Part shown: one piece after another, positions 30,012 through 38,398 of the stretch
Numbering within the stretch: position 1 is the stretch's first letter
How the letters are laid out: every line of letters begins with the position of its first letter
Assembly: GCA_944386685.1 (NCBI GenBank)
Contig: CALXCA010000002.1
Coordinates: 16,649 to 80,648 of the forward strand
Reading direction: 5' to 3'
DNA: 64,000 bases
From: an uncultured Clostridia bacterium
GTDB taxonomy: Bacteria; Bacillota; Clostridia; TANB77; CAG-508
The notes under the pieces: generated by a model
Databases searched by the model: none
What the model was told of the DNA's origin: nothing
What the model saw: the letters and a program-made list of their open reading frames with translations, nothing else
Made by a program: the position numbers and the translations under genes

Positions 30012-30761
30012 CTATAATCTACTCATTATATCAATATACTCACCAGCAGTTAATACTGTTTTAGGTAAATGTAATTGAGTATAATAAGTATCTTTATTTT
30101 TTTGATATATAGCATCAATAATTTTGCAATTTTCATCTTTATCAATTGTCATTACTAAACCAAGCACATTATATTTTTGTGATAATTTTGTAGTATATAA
30201 AGCAATTCTATCAGTTGCATCAAGTGGCATTTCTTCATCATCAAAAGAATCAATCTCAACAATTATAATACTATTTTCTAAATCTTTAATTTTCATCATA
30301 ATTTGTGGTTTAGGATCTTTACTGTTTACAAAATCATTAAATATATTTTCTATTTCTAACATTGAAATATTTGTATTTGTTATAGTTTCTCCAAAAGTAG
30401 TTTTTCCTACTCCACAACATAATTCGTTTATTGCTGTGCTTAATGTAGTATCATTTTTGTAAATTTCTTTTACTTTATCCATTCTCTTTTTTGTAAAGTT
30501 GTATTTATCTTTAATACTAGATATATCAAGTGTATCTCTATCTGTTTCATCTACAAAAACATCTGGTGTTCTTCCAAGTAAATAATCTATTGAAACATTA
30601 AAAATTGTAGCTAGTTTTTTTATTGCTTCTATATTTGGCTCTCTCATATCTAATTCATATTTTGATATTGCTGCAGGTTCTACTCCTAATCTTGTTGCGA
30701 TATCTTTTTGCGTAAATCCATTTTTTTCTCTTAAATACTTTATTCTTTCGCCATTTGTCAT
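30012..30761 (-). CDS. XRE-family HTH repressor with a C-terminal domain of unknown function
   Basis: N-terminal Cro/C1 HTH (IKYLREKNGFTQKDIATRLGVEPAAISKYELDMREPNIEAIKKLATIFNVSIDYLLG). The roughly 170-aa C-terminal domain is uncharacterised. Confidence 0.75.
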   Translation of the reverse strand: MTNGERIKYLREKNGFTQKDIATRLGVEPAAISKYELDMREPNIEAIKKLATIFNVSIDYLLGRTPDVFVDETDRDTLDISSIKDKYNFTKKRMDKVKEIYKNDTTLSTAINELCCGVGKTTFGETITNTNISMLEIENIFNDFVNSKDPKPQIMMKIKDLENSIIIVEIDSFDDEEMPLDATDRIALYTTKLSQKYNVLGLVMTIDKDENCKIIDAIYQKNKDTYYTQLHLPKTVLTAGEYIDIMSRL

Positions 30762-30794
30762 AATATTTTCTCCTTCTCAATTTATGTTTAAATT

Positions 30795-31026
30795 TTATCA
30801 TATCCATTTTGGAAAGTCAATAATTGCTGATAATTAAATATTTTTACTATAAAAGTTTTAGAAAGTTTAAAAAATTTTGAAAAAGATATTGACAATATAT
30901 CCATTTTGGATTATTATATAAATATCCAAAACGGATACGGATAAAATTGAAAGGAGGTATGCTATAAAGGTAAAAATATGAATAGAGATTTATTTTTTAC
31001 TTATCAAGTATCCAAAATGGATTTAT
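30795..31026. promoter_or_regulatory. Divergent promoter region with three copies of the ATCCATTTTGGA/TCCAAAATGGAT operator palindrome
   Basis: Copies at 30802-30813, 30898-30910 (paired with atatccaaaacggat at 30921-30935) and 31009-31024. A TTGACA-17-TATTAT promoter at 30889-30917 overlaps the middle copy. Confidence 0.5.
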
Positions 31027-31049
31027 GAATTTCAAAGGAGGACAAAGTT

Positions 31050-31295
31050 ATGAATGAAAATTTTAGTGAAGAACTTAAGAAAGAATTAGTAAAACAAGCT
31101 ATAAAAAGCTTAGATGACCCATTTAAAATGCTAACTGTAAAAGATGTAGCAAAAGATTTATATATGGGAGAAAACAAAACAAACGAAATATTTAATCGTG
31201 CAGATTTTCCATCTGTGAATATTGGCAAAACAAGAAAAATCCAAAAAATTGCTTATATTCTTTGGAAGATGGAAAAAAGGATTGATGTTATATGA
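31050..31295 (+). CDS. Excisionase-like HTH (HTH_17) DNA-binding protein
   Basis: MLTVKDVAKDLYMGENKTNEIFNRADFPSVNIGKTRKIQKIAYILW resembles the Xis/MerR-like HTH_17 fold. AAAGGAGG ribosome-binding site. Confidence 0.55.
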   Translation: MNENFSEELKKELVKQAIKSLDDPFKMLTVKDVAKDLYMGENKTNEIFNRADFPSVNIGKTRKIQKIAYILWKMEKRIDVI

Positions 31296-31454
31296 AAAAT
31301 TTAAAAAGCATTTATACAAAAGTACACTTTGGCGAGCAGACTTTTGCACAAATGCCACATAAAGATATTCGCAATCTTTATATAAATAGTATATCATTTT
31401 TCCTTATTTTTAACAATAGAAAATTAAGTAGAAATACTGGAAAGTGAGTAAATT

Positions 31455-32258
31455 ATGGAAAAAACAAAAAGATATTATTGGATAAAATTAAAAACTGATT
31501 TCTTTAATTTAGCTGAAATAGATTTCTTATTATCACAAAAAGATGGTTGCCAGTATATAGTTTTATATCAAATGCTATGCCTACAAACTGCTAACAATAA
31601 TGGAGAATTGGCATCACGAGTTGGAGAAATGATTATTCCCTATGATCCAGATAAAATAGCAAGAGATACTAAATATTTTAGTAAAGATACTGTTATTGTT
31701 GCTATGGAACTATTTAAAAAACTAAATTTAATTTATACAGATGATGGAATTTGCTTAAAAATAGCTGGATTTGAAAATATGGTAGGTAGTGAAACTGGTT
31801 GGGCAAAACAAAAAAGAGAACAAAGAGAAAAGCAGAAATTATTAAGTGGACAATGTCCACCAAATAGTCCACCAGAGATAGATATAGATAAAGAGTTAGA
31901 TATAGAGATAGATGAAGATATAGAAAATAATGGATTGAATGATGGATTAGATTTAATTAATTTAAAATTAAATAAAACAAATTTAGTTCAAAAAGAAACA
32001 TCAAAATATAATCCAATTTTTATACAAAAAAAGATATATTTTGAAAACTCAGAATATTTACCAGAAAGTGTACTAACTCAATTAAAACTATATCAATTGG
32101 CAGTAAAAAGATTATATGACAATAAGCAAGGTGAGTTATTGGAAAAAGTAACTTTACCTATACTAGAAAAAGTATTTGGTAATGTTTTGAAAAATAAAAA
32201 TATTGAAAACATAATAGAATATTATATTTCAAGTTTAACAAATGAACTTGCAAAATAG
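31455..32258 (+). CDS. Phage-type replisome organizer / replication initiator (N-terminal Phage_rep_org_N-like)
   Basis: N-terminus RYYWIKLKTDFFNLAEIDFLL...YIVLYQMLCL is typical of the replisome-organizer N-domain. The C-terminal half is acidic and low-complexity. Confidence 0.6.
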   Translation: MEKTKRYYWIKLKTDFFNLAEIDFLLSQKDGCQYIVLYQMLCLQTANNNGELASRVGEMIIPYDPDKIARDTKYFSKDTVIVAMELFKKLNLIYTDDGICLKIAGFENMVGSETGWAKQKREQREKQKLLSGQCPPNSPPEIDIDKELDIEIDEDIENNGLNDGLDLINLKLNKTNLVQKETSKYNPIFIQKKIYFENSEYLPESVLTQLKLYQLAVKRLYDNKQGELLEKVTLPILEKVFGNVLKNKNIENIIEYYISSLTNELAK

Positions 32259-32369
32259 GAGGTCAAGGTTGAAAAATAATTATAATTTTGGCGTTGTCAA
32301 ACTTTTTTTCCTAGCCAAAATTTAATTCTTTTCCAACCAAATTTATATGAGGAAGGAATGTGAGTAATT

Positions 32370-33548
32370 ATGAAGAGAAAGAGAAGAAGAGGAAATGGCG
32401 AAGGCACAGTATTTGAAGATAAGAAAAATAAAAGATGGATTGGTCAATATATATCTGGAACATCTGCAGAGGGAAAAGCTATTAGAAAATCAGTATATGG
32501 AAAAACTCAAAAAGAAGTTTTAAATAAATTAAATGAGATTAAATATAAAATGAATAATGACATGTACGTTGAAAAGAATGGAATTGAATTAGTAAAAATT
32601 ATGGAAGATATAAGAGAAGAAAAATTGGCATCTAATACAATTTCAGGTGGTCAATATGCTAGATTAAAATGGACTATCAATAAAATTAAAAATAGCAAAA
32701 TTGGAAATATGAAAATACAGGATATAACCAAAGATGATATTCAAGAATTTTTAAATTCTATTAAAGATTTAAGTGATTCGTATATTAAGAAAATTTATGA
32801 ACAATTTGTACAAGCATATCGTAGAGCAGAAATAAAAAAATACATTTCATATAACCCAATGTATGAAGTTATAAAGCCTAAAAGCAATAAGCAAACAAAA
32901 GTAGTTGAAGCATTAAATATCAATGTGCAAAAAGCATTTACGCAATATTTGAATAAAGTTTCAATAGAAGATGAACCATATAAAAATATATTTCTAATCC
33001 AAATGTATATGGGATTAAGAATAGGCGAAGTACTTGCATTAAGTAAAGAAAATATTGATTTAGAAAATAAAGTTTTATATGTTAAGAGAACACTAACAAA
33101 TGACAAAGAATTTGCCATTATTTTAGGAAATAAGACAAAAACATATTCAGGTAATAGAACTTTACCTATTCCAGATTTTTTAGTGCCAATTTTTGAAGAA
33201 CAATTAAAATATACAAATGAAAATTTACACAATTTAATATTTACAAATAATGATAGTTATATAAGAACATCTGCAATTAATAAAGAACTAAAAAGAATTT
33301 TCAAAGAAGAATTAAATGTAGATTCTAAAAATATAAGCACACATTGTTTAAGACATACCTATGGCACAAGATGTATTGAAGCAGGAATGACAGCAGTTGT
33401 TTTGCAAAGATTAATGGGACACAAAGATGTAACTGTAACTTTAAATACATACACATCTGTGTTCAATAAATTTAAAGAAGATGAACTTGAAAAAGTAAAT
33501 ACTTATTTAAATAATAACCAATTAAATTTTGTAAATAACAGCAATTAA
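32370..33548 (+). CDS. int: Tyrosine site-specific integrase
   Basis: C-terminal catalytic region with R...HxxR...Y (LRIGEVLAL; HCLRHTYGTRCIEAGM; LMGHKDVTVTLNTYTSV). N-terminal SAM-like domain. Confidence 0.85.
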   Translation: MKRKRRRGNGEGTVFEDKKNKRWIGQYISGTSAEGKAIRKSVYGKTQKEVLNKLNEIKYKMNNDMYVEKNGIELVKIMEDIREEKLASNTISGGQYARLKWTINKIKNSKIGNMKIQDITKDDIQEFLNSIKDLSDSYIKKIYEQFVQAYRRAEIKKYISYNPMYEVIKPKSNKQTKVVEALNINVQKAFTQYLNKVSIEDEPYKNIFLIQMYMGLRIGEVLALSKENIDLENKVLYVKRTLTNDKEFAIILGNKTKTYSGNRTLPIPDFLVPIFEEQLKYTNENLHNLIFTNNDSYIRTSAINKELKRIFKEELNVDSKNISTHCLRHTYGTRCIEAGMTAVVLQRLMGHKDVTVTLNTYTSVFNKFKEDELEKVNTYLNNNQLNFVNNSN

Positions 33549-33565
33549 ATACCAAATATATAGTA

Positions 33566-33614
33566 TCGCAAGCTTCCTATTTGTAAATACAAGTACTACA
33601 AATAGAGCTTGCAA
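33566..33614. promoter_or_regulatory. Candidate oriT
   Basis: Inverted repeat atcgcaagcttcctatttgta...tacaaatagagcttgcaaa between int and mobC. Confidence 0.4.
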
Positions 33615-33671
33615 AAATTGGGAGAACCCAAACCCCTTTAAATTGTTTTAGGGAAAATATGGAGGGACAAA

Positions 33672-33980
33672 ATGTTCAAGGATAAGAAAATAAATATACG
33701 ATTAACAGAAAAAGAAAAAAGTATAATAGAATCAAAAGCCAAAAAATTAAATATGACTCTTACAAAATTTATTGTAAGTTCTTGTTTAAAAGATAAAATC
33801 GTTATCGTAAATGGACTAGATAAAGTAGATTCTGAACTTAGAAGAATAGGAAATAATATCAATCAATTAACAAGACTTGCAAACGAAAAAATAATTACGG
33901 TAATTGATTTGAAGGAACTGCGAATGGAAGTGAATAATATATGGCAATTATTGAAGCAATTAGTTCAAAAGCAAACATAA
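33672..33980 (+). CDS. mobC: MobC-type mobilization accessory protein (ribbon-helix-helix)
   Basis: NIRLTEKEKSIIESKAKKLNMTLTKFI (RHH) and LRRIGNNINQLTRLAN (MobC signature). Confidence 0.65.
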   Translation: MFKDKKINIRLTEKEKSIIESKAKKLNMTLTKFIVSSCLKDKIVIVNGLDKVDSELRRIGNNINQLTRLANEKIITVIDLKELRMEVNNIWQLLKQLVQKQT

Positions 33981-35176
33981 AAAGAATTATAAGCTATGTT
34001 ACACAAGATAAAAAAACAAATGTAAATTTAATTTCTGGAAAAGATTGTATGGCTGAAAGTTGTTTAGAAGAAATGCTATACACAAAAAATCTATATCACA
34101 AAAATAGTGGTAGACAATATATACATATTATTCAATCATTTGATCCTAAAGATAATTTATCTGCAGAACAAGTTCATAATGTTGGAATTAAATTAGCAAA
34201 TACTTTTAATGGATTTCAAGTATTAGTTGCAACACATATTGATAAAAATCATTTGCATAATCATTTAGTTATAAATTCTGTATCATTTGAAAATGGATAT
34301 AAAATTCAAATGAGCAAAAAAGATTTACAATATTTAAAAGATTACTCTGATAAATTATGTTTAGAAATTGGAGCTTCAGTTATTCCTAAAAAAGAAAAAA
34401 CAAATTATATAAAAAGAAATGAATATAGAGTAGCCAAGCAAGGTAAAAGTTGGAAATTTAAATTAATGAATGCAATTGATTTATCATTAGCAGAAAGTAA
34501 TACAAAACAAGAGTTTATAAAAAATATGAATAAATTAGGATATCAAGTTAATTGGACAGATACAAGAAAATACATTACATATACAACACCTGAAGGATAT
34601 AAATGTAGAGATAATAAATTATATGATGAAAAATATTCAAAAGGAGCAATGGAAAATGAATTTAGAAGAATTGAAAAAGAACAATCAAATAGTACAAGAA
34701 AATCAAGTAGTTCCATCAATAGTAAAGATGGATTATTATCTGATAGAACCAGAGATAATCAAGGATTTATATCAAATGGAACAAGCAATAGTAGAAGATA
34801 TAGCAATTATGAAAAAGAAATTACAAGATACACAAGAAAAATTATTAAAGGACAATATTCGAATGAACGAAGAAATGAAAAAATTGGTAGAGGAAAAATT
34901 GAAAAATCAATTTTACAATCTGAAACAAGAATTGAAAGAAACGGAAGAAGAACAGAAAAGCAAGATTTCCAAAATAAAATGGAAAACAGGGTTAATAACA
35001 TTCTTAGTGGGATTATTGTCATCAGCAATATGGTTTCTGACTCACAAGTAAATAATAGACATAAAAGAAGAATTAGAAGATATAGAACTTTATCAAAACA
35101 AGCTATGAAAGAATATGCAATGAAGAAAGCTAATTCTAGTGGTTTTGATTGGTTTGAAGATGAAGAGGAAATGTAA
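33941..35176 (+). CDS. MobA/MobL-family relaxase with an uncertain C-terminal frame
   Basis: N-terminal 227 aa match PF03432 relaxases (MAIIEAISSK...; HIIQSFDP; HIDKNHLHNHLVINSV histidine triad). From about 34620 onward, the +1 frame (34623-35051) encodes a coiled coil plus TM, which is more protein-like. Confidence 0.7.
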   Translation: MAIIEAISSKANIKRIISYVTQDKKTNVNLISGKDCMAESCLEEMLYTKNLYHKNSGRQYIHIIQSFDPKDNLSAEQVHNVGIKLANTFNGFQVLVATHIDKNHLHNHLVINSVSFENGYKIQMSKKDLQYLKDYSDKLCLEIGASVIPKKEKTNYIKRNEYRVAKQGKSWKFKLMNAIDLSLAESNTKQEFIKNMNKLGYQVNWTDTRKYITYTTPEGYKCRDNKLYDEKYSKGAMENEFRRIEKEQSNSTRKSSSSINSKDGLLSDRTRDNQGFISNGTSNSRRYSNYEKEITRYTRKIIKGQYSNERRNEKIGRGKIEKSILQSETRIERNGRRTEKQDFQNKMENRVNNILSGIIVISNMVSDSQVNNRHKRRIRRYRTLSKQAMKEYAMKKANSSGFDWFEDEEEM

Positions 35177-35617
35177 ATAAAATCAATTGTTTTTAGGAAA
35201 GCCATCTTAAAATCCTTGAATTCTAGCTAAAAATATGGTATATTATTGATACAAATTTAGCTAATAAGCTAATTAATTTTATTATCTCCTTATGGAGTGA
35301 ACATATAGAAACAGTAAACATCCAAATGAATATTTAAGGAGGAATTTTTAATGGGAATGGCAGAGCTAATGAAGAAAAAAGCAATACCTGGAACTTCTGT
35401 AAAGCGTTCAATAAAAATTATAAAAAAGTGAATCGTGCTGAAGTGGTAGAGTTAAATCGCACTCTTGAACCCATTATTAGGCAGAATCATAGAGAACTTA
35501 TAGCTTCTTGGGAAGAAGAACATGATAAAACTGTTGGAATATAATTTTATCATATTGTTTAGGTTTTTTATGAAATTGTAGTAACTCGTAAACTGATTAG
35601 TTAAGGAGGTAATTAAA

Positions 35618-36097
35618 TTGAAAAAGCATGAATTAACTTTAAAGACAACAGTAATACTTTCAATAGCTTCAGGTCTGTTATTTGGACTAATGTTATTTAT
35701 TTTAACTAATAATCTTCTACCAAGAGATAACAAAATACTTTATGTAACAACTGGGATTATATGTTTTGTGCTTTTATTTGATGGATTTATTGGGTTTATT
35801 GTATTTTCAGAAGTATTAGTATTTACAATTGTATTAAATAAGAAAGCTAAAAAATATCATAAAAGAATGTTGATAAAAATTCATGAATGTTTATCGACTA
35901 AAGATTTTTCTGAAATAACATTAAAAATGCATGATGATAGTATTATACCGTTAGAAAAATTTATCTGTAAGGCAAAATTAGATGAAGATGGTAATATTAT
36001 CTATAATATTTCTCTTAATTTTGAATCAGAAACAGATGATTATGAAAATTTCTTAAAACATTTTTCCATTGAGAATACAGATAAATTTAGTAATTAA
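35618..36097 (+). CDS. Hypothetical membrane protein (159 aa), cargo of the element
   Basis: Three predicted TM helices. No recognised motifs. Confidence 0.45.
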   Translation: MKKHELTLKTTVILSIASGLLFGLMLFILTNNLLPRDNKILYVTTGIICFVLLFDGFIGFIVFSEVLVFTIVLNKKAKKYHKRMLIKIHECLSTKDFSEITLKMHDDSIIPLEKFICKAKLDEDGNIIYNISLNFESETDDYENFLKHFSIENTDKFSN

Positions 36098-36295
36098 TAA
36101 TGCTTTTTTCAAAATGTCCCAGGCTGTTGCTTGGGATATTTTGAATGCAATTATTACATTCAAAATAGTTTAGCTGAATGCAATATTGAATGCAGTAACA
36201 CAAATATAGAGAAATTTTGAAAAAGTCTGAGAAAAGAAAAAAGGCTTAAAATAGCCAAAAAACAATTTAAGGAGCTTTTTGAAAGCTCCTTTTTC

Positions 36296-36371
36296 TGGTC
36301 GAGGCGACAGGGTTCGAACCTGCGACCTCATGGTCCCAAACCACGCGCGCTACCAACTGCGCTACGCCTCG
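36296..36371 (-). tRNA. tRNA-Pro (anticodon TGG)
   Basis: Minus-strand read CGAGGCG-TA-GCGC-AGTTGGTA-GCGC-G-CGTGG-TTTGGGA-CCATG-AGGTC-GCAGG-TTCGAAC-CCTGT-CGCCTCG-A-CCA folds as a cloverleaf with T-loop GTTCGAA and an encoded CCA. A promoter (TTGATT-17-TAATAT) lies upstream on the minus strand. Confidence 0.9.
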
Positions 36372-36572
36372 AAATAAATTGTATAACTAAACACTAATAT
36401 ATATTAGCACAAAACAAAAATAAAATCAAGAGTTTTTCTAAAAAAATTAAAAATTTCTGTGTAAGTGTGTCAATGATGTGAAACAAATTTTCTATTAACC
36501 TGCAACACTAAAATGTAAAAAAATAAATTATGACCACATCAAAAAAGCAGTCACAATTTATTTTAAACAAAA

Positions 36573-37271
36573 CTAATTTCTACGTTTTCCAAATAATGAT
36601 AAAATTCTAAGGAAAATGTTAATAAAATCTAAATATAATTGCATTGCACCATAAACGTAAAGTTTTTCATCATCACAAAAACCAGATTCTTGCATTAACT
36701 TTATTTTATTAATATCATAAATTGTAAGTCCAAAGAAAATTAATAAAATAGCCCAATCTAAAACAATATCCAAAAGTGAACTACCAACAAATATGTTAAT
36801 AACAGTTAAAACAAGTCCAACAAGAAGAGCTACAGTTAAAATAGAACCCCATTTTGAAATATCTTTTTTTGTTGTATAACCAATTAATGATAAAATTCCA
36901 AATAGACCAGCAGTTCCAGCAAAAGCATAAACAATAGAAGTTAATTCAAAAACCGGAAAAATAACTGATAATGTAAAACCATTCAAAAATGCATATGCAA
37001 AAAATAGTATAGTAACCATTGTAGGAGAAAGTTTTCTAAATAATAAAGAAAAAACTAAAACAACTACAAGTTCAGCTATAACTAAAGGAAAGAAAAATCC
37101 ATTCATAATAACTGAAACAAATAATCCTGAACTGTATACATAATATGCTGTACCAGCACTAGCAAGTAATCCTAAAAACATTCTAAAAAAAGTATTAGTA
37201 AGTATAGAATTAGTTTCAACTGAATGTATTGCATCACCATTTTCATAAGATTCCATAAAAATCACCTCCAT
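36573..37271 (-). CDS. Bax inhibitor-1/YccA family membrane protein
   Basis: Seven TM segments and the C-terminal conserved region (YGAMQLYLDFINIFLRILSLFG) typical of the BI-1/UPF0005 family. Confidence 0.75.
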   Translation of the reverse strand: MEVIFMESYENGDAIHSVETNSILTNTFFRMFLGLLASAGTAYYVYSSGLFVSVIMNGFFFPLVIAELVVVLVFSLLFRKLSPTMVTILFFAYAFLNGFTLSVIFPVFELTSIVYAFAGTAGLFGILSLIGYTTKKDISKWGSILTVALLVGLVLTVINIFVGSSLLDIVLDWAILLIFFGLTIYDINKIKLMQESGFCDDEKLYVYGAMQLYLDFINIFLRILSLFGKRRN

Positions 37272-37373
37272 TTCTTATCTAAAAATATTATAAATTAATT
37301 ATATAAAACTATACCTATTAATTCATAAAGTAGTGATGAAAAGAAAAAAGGAAAAAAGAGAACCGGCACCAAA

Positions 37374-38225
37374 TTACCCATATAAGTTCCCATCTATTAA
37401 AAGTTGAGCACGTTTTCTAGTTTTTTCATCAGCATTCAAAGAATCTTGAATAAATTCAGGATGATCAACTAAAAACTGTTTCATTGTTCCATCTGGATCT
37501 GCAAAAAAGTTATTAAGCATAGAAAGTTGAGCTTCATTAATAATATTTAAATCAAAAGCTTTTTTAAATAAGTTAGTATCAACTTGAACTAATGAAAAAG
37601 CTTTAACACCTTCAGCTTCTAATTTTTCTTTTCCTCCTTGCATTCTATCAACAACAACGCAAGATGAGCATATTTTAGAACCCAAATTTTTAATTGCTGG
37701 AATCCATGCACGAATATAACTTGAAGCAACAGTAATTAAATCAGCTATATGTAAAACTTTTTTATCTTGTAAAGAAGTAATTATTTTAGAATTTGTAAAA
37801 TTACTATCACTTTCAACAACTGATAAATCCTTGTAAATACTTAAATGAGGCTTATTTAAAAGATGTGCAATTATGTTAGAGAAAAACCAATCTCTTCTTT
37901 CGCCACCAGAAATATAGTCAATTTCTGAAATATTTATATTTTTTTCAATAAATTCTTTCATAGTATCAATAACATCTTTATAAATAATATTAGTTTGATA
38001 TTGTTTTAATACTTTTTTAAATACTTTATTTGGTAAAGATAGCTTATCTGATAAACATTCATCAATGAAAGATAATAATTCAGTAGCATCTTTTTCACTT
38101 CCATATACAAAATGAGTATTAATAAAATAAGGTCCTATTTTGCCAGAAGTATACCAAAATGGCTTATTTTCAGCACAAAATCTTATTGCTTTTGTTTCAA
38201 ATAAATATGAAACTAAGTCAGACAT
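37374..38225 (-). CDS. Phosphoribosyltransferase-like protein (OPRTase-like fold); identity uncertain
   Basis: FCAENKPFWYTSGKIGPYFIN resembles the OPRTase PRPP-binding N-terminus. Divergent from the pyr operon. GGAGGG ribosome-binding site before the ATG at 38225. Confidence 0.45.
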   Translation of the reverse strand: MSDLVSYLFETKAIRFCAENKPFWYTSGKIGPYFINTHFVYGSEKDATELLSFIDECLSDKLSLPNKVFKKVLKQYQTNIIYKDVIDTMKEFIEKNINISEIDYISGGERRDWFFSNIIAHLLNKPHLSIYKDLSVVESDSNFTNSKIITSLQDKKVLHIADLITVASSYIRAWIPAIKNLGSKICSSCVVVDRMQGGKEKLEAEGVKAFSLVQVDTNLFKKAFDLNIINEAQLSMLNNFFADPDGTMKQFLVDHPEFIQDSLNADEKTRKRAQLLIDGNLYG

Positions 38226-38398
38226 AAAAATTCCCTCCAAACATTAAAATATATTTACAAACATTTTATGTGTAAAATAATAAAAAGTCAATAATTAATA
38301 TTCAATTTTTATAATCTATATAAATAAAATGATTTATATAAAAAAGTTGAAAAAGATACTATAACATGATAAAATAACTTAGGAAAGGAATGAAAGAT

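Larger units (their letters stand above)
28044..36307. mobile_element. Integrative mobilizable element (about 8.3 kb) inserted at the 3' end of tRNA-Pro
   Basis: 12-bp direct repeat TGGTCGAGGCGA at 28044-28055 and 36296-36307; the latter is the CCA end of tRNA-Pro. The interior carries int, a Xis-like HTH protein, a replisome organizer, mobC, a relaxase, an XRE repressor, iteron-like repeats and tttgaatgca arm-site repeats near both ends. Confidence 0.7.

Noticed and set aside
34807-35205. 132-aa minus-strand ORF opposite the relaxase 3' region
   Set aside because: A shadow frame with a hydrophobic low-complexity product and no ribosome-binding site.
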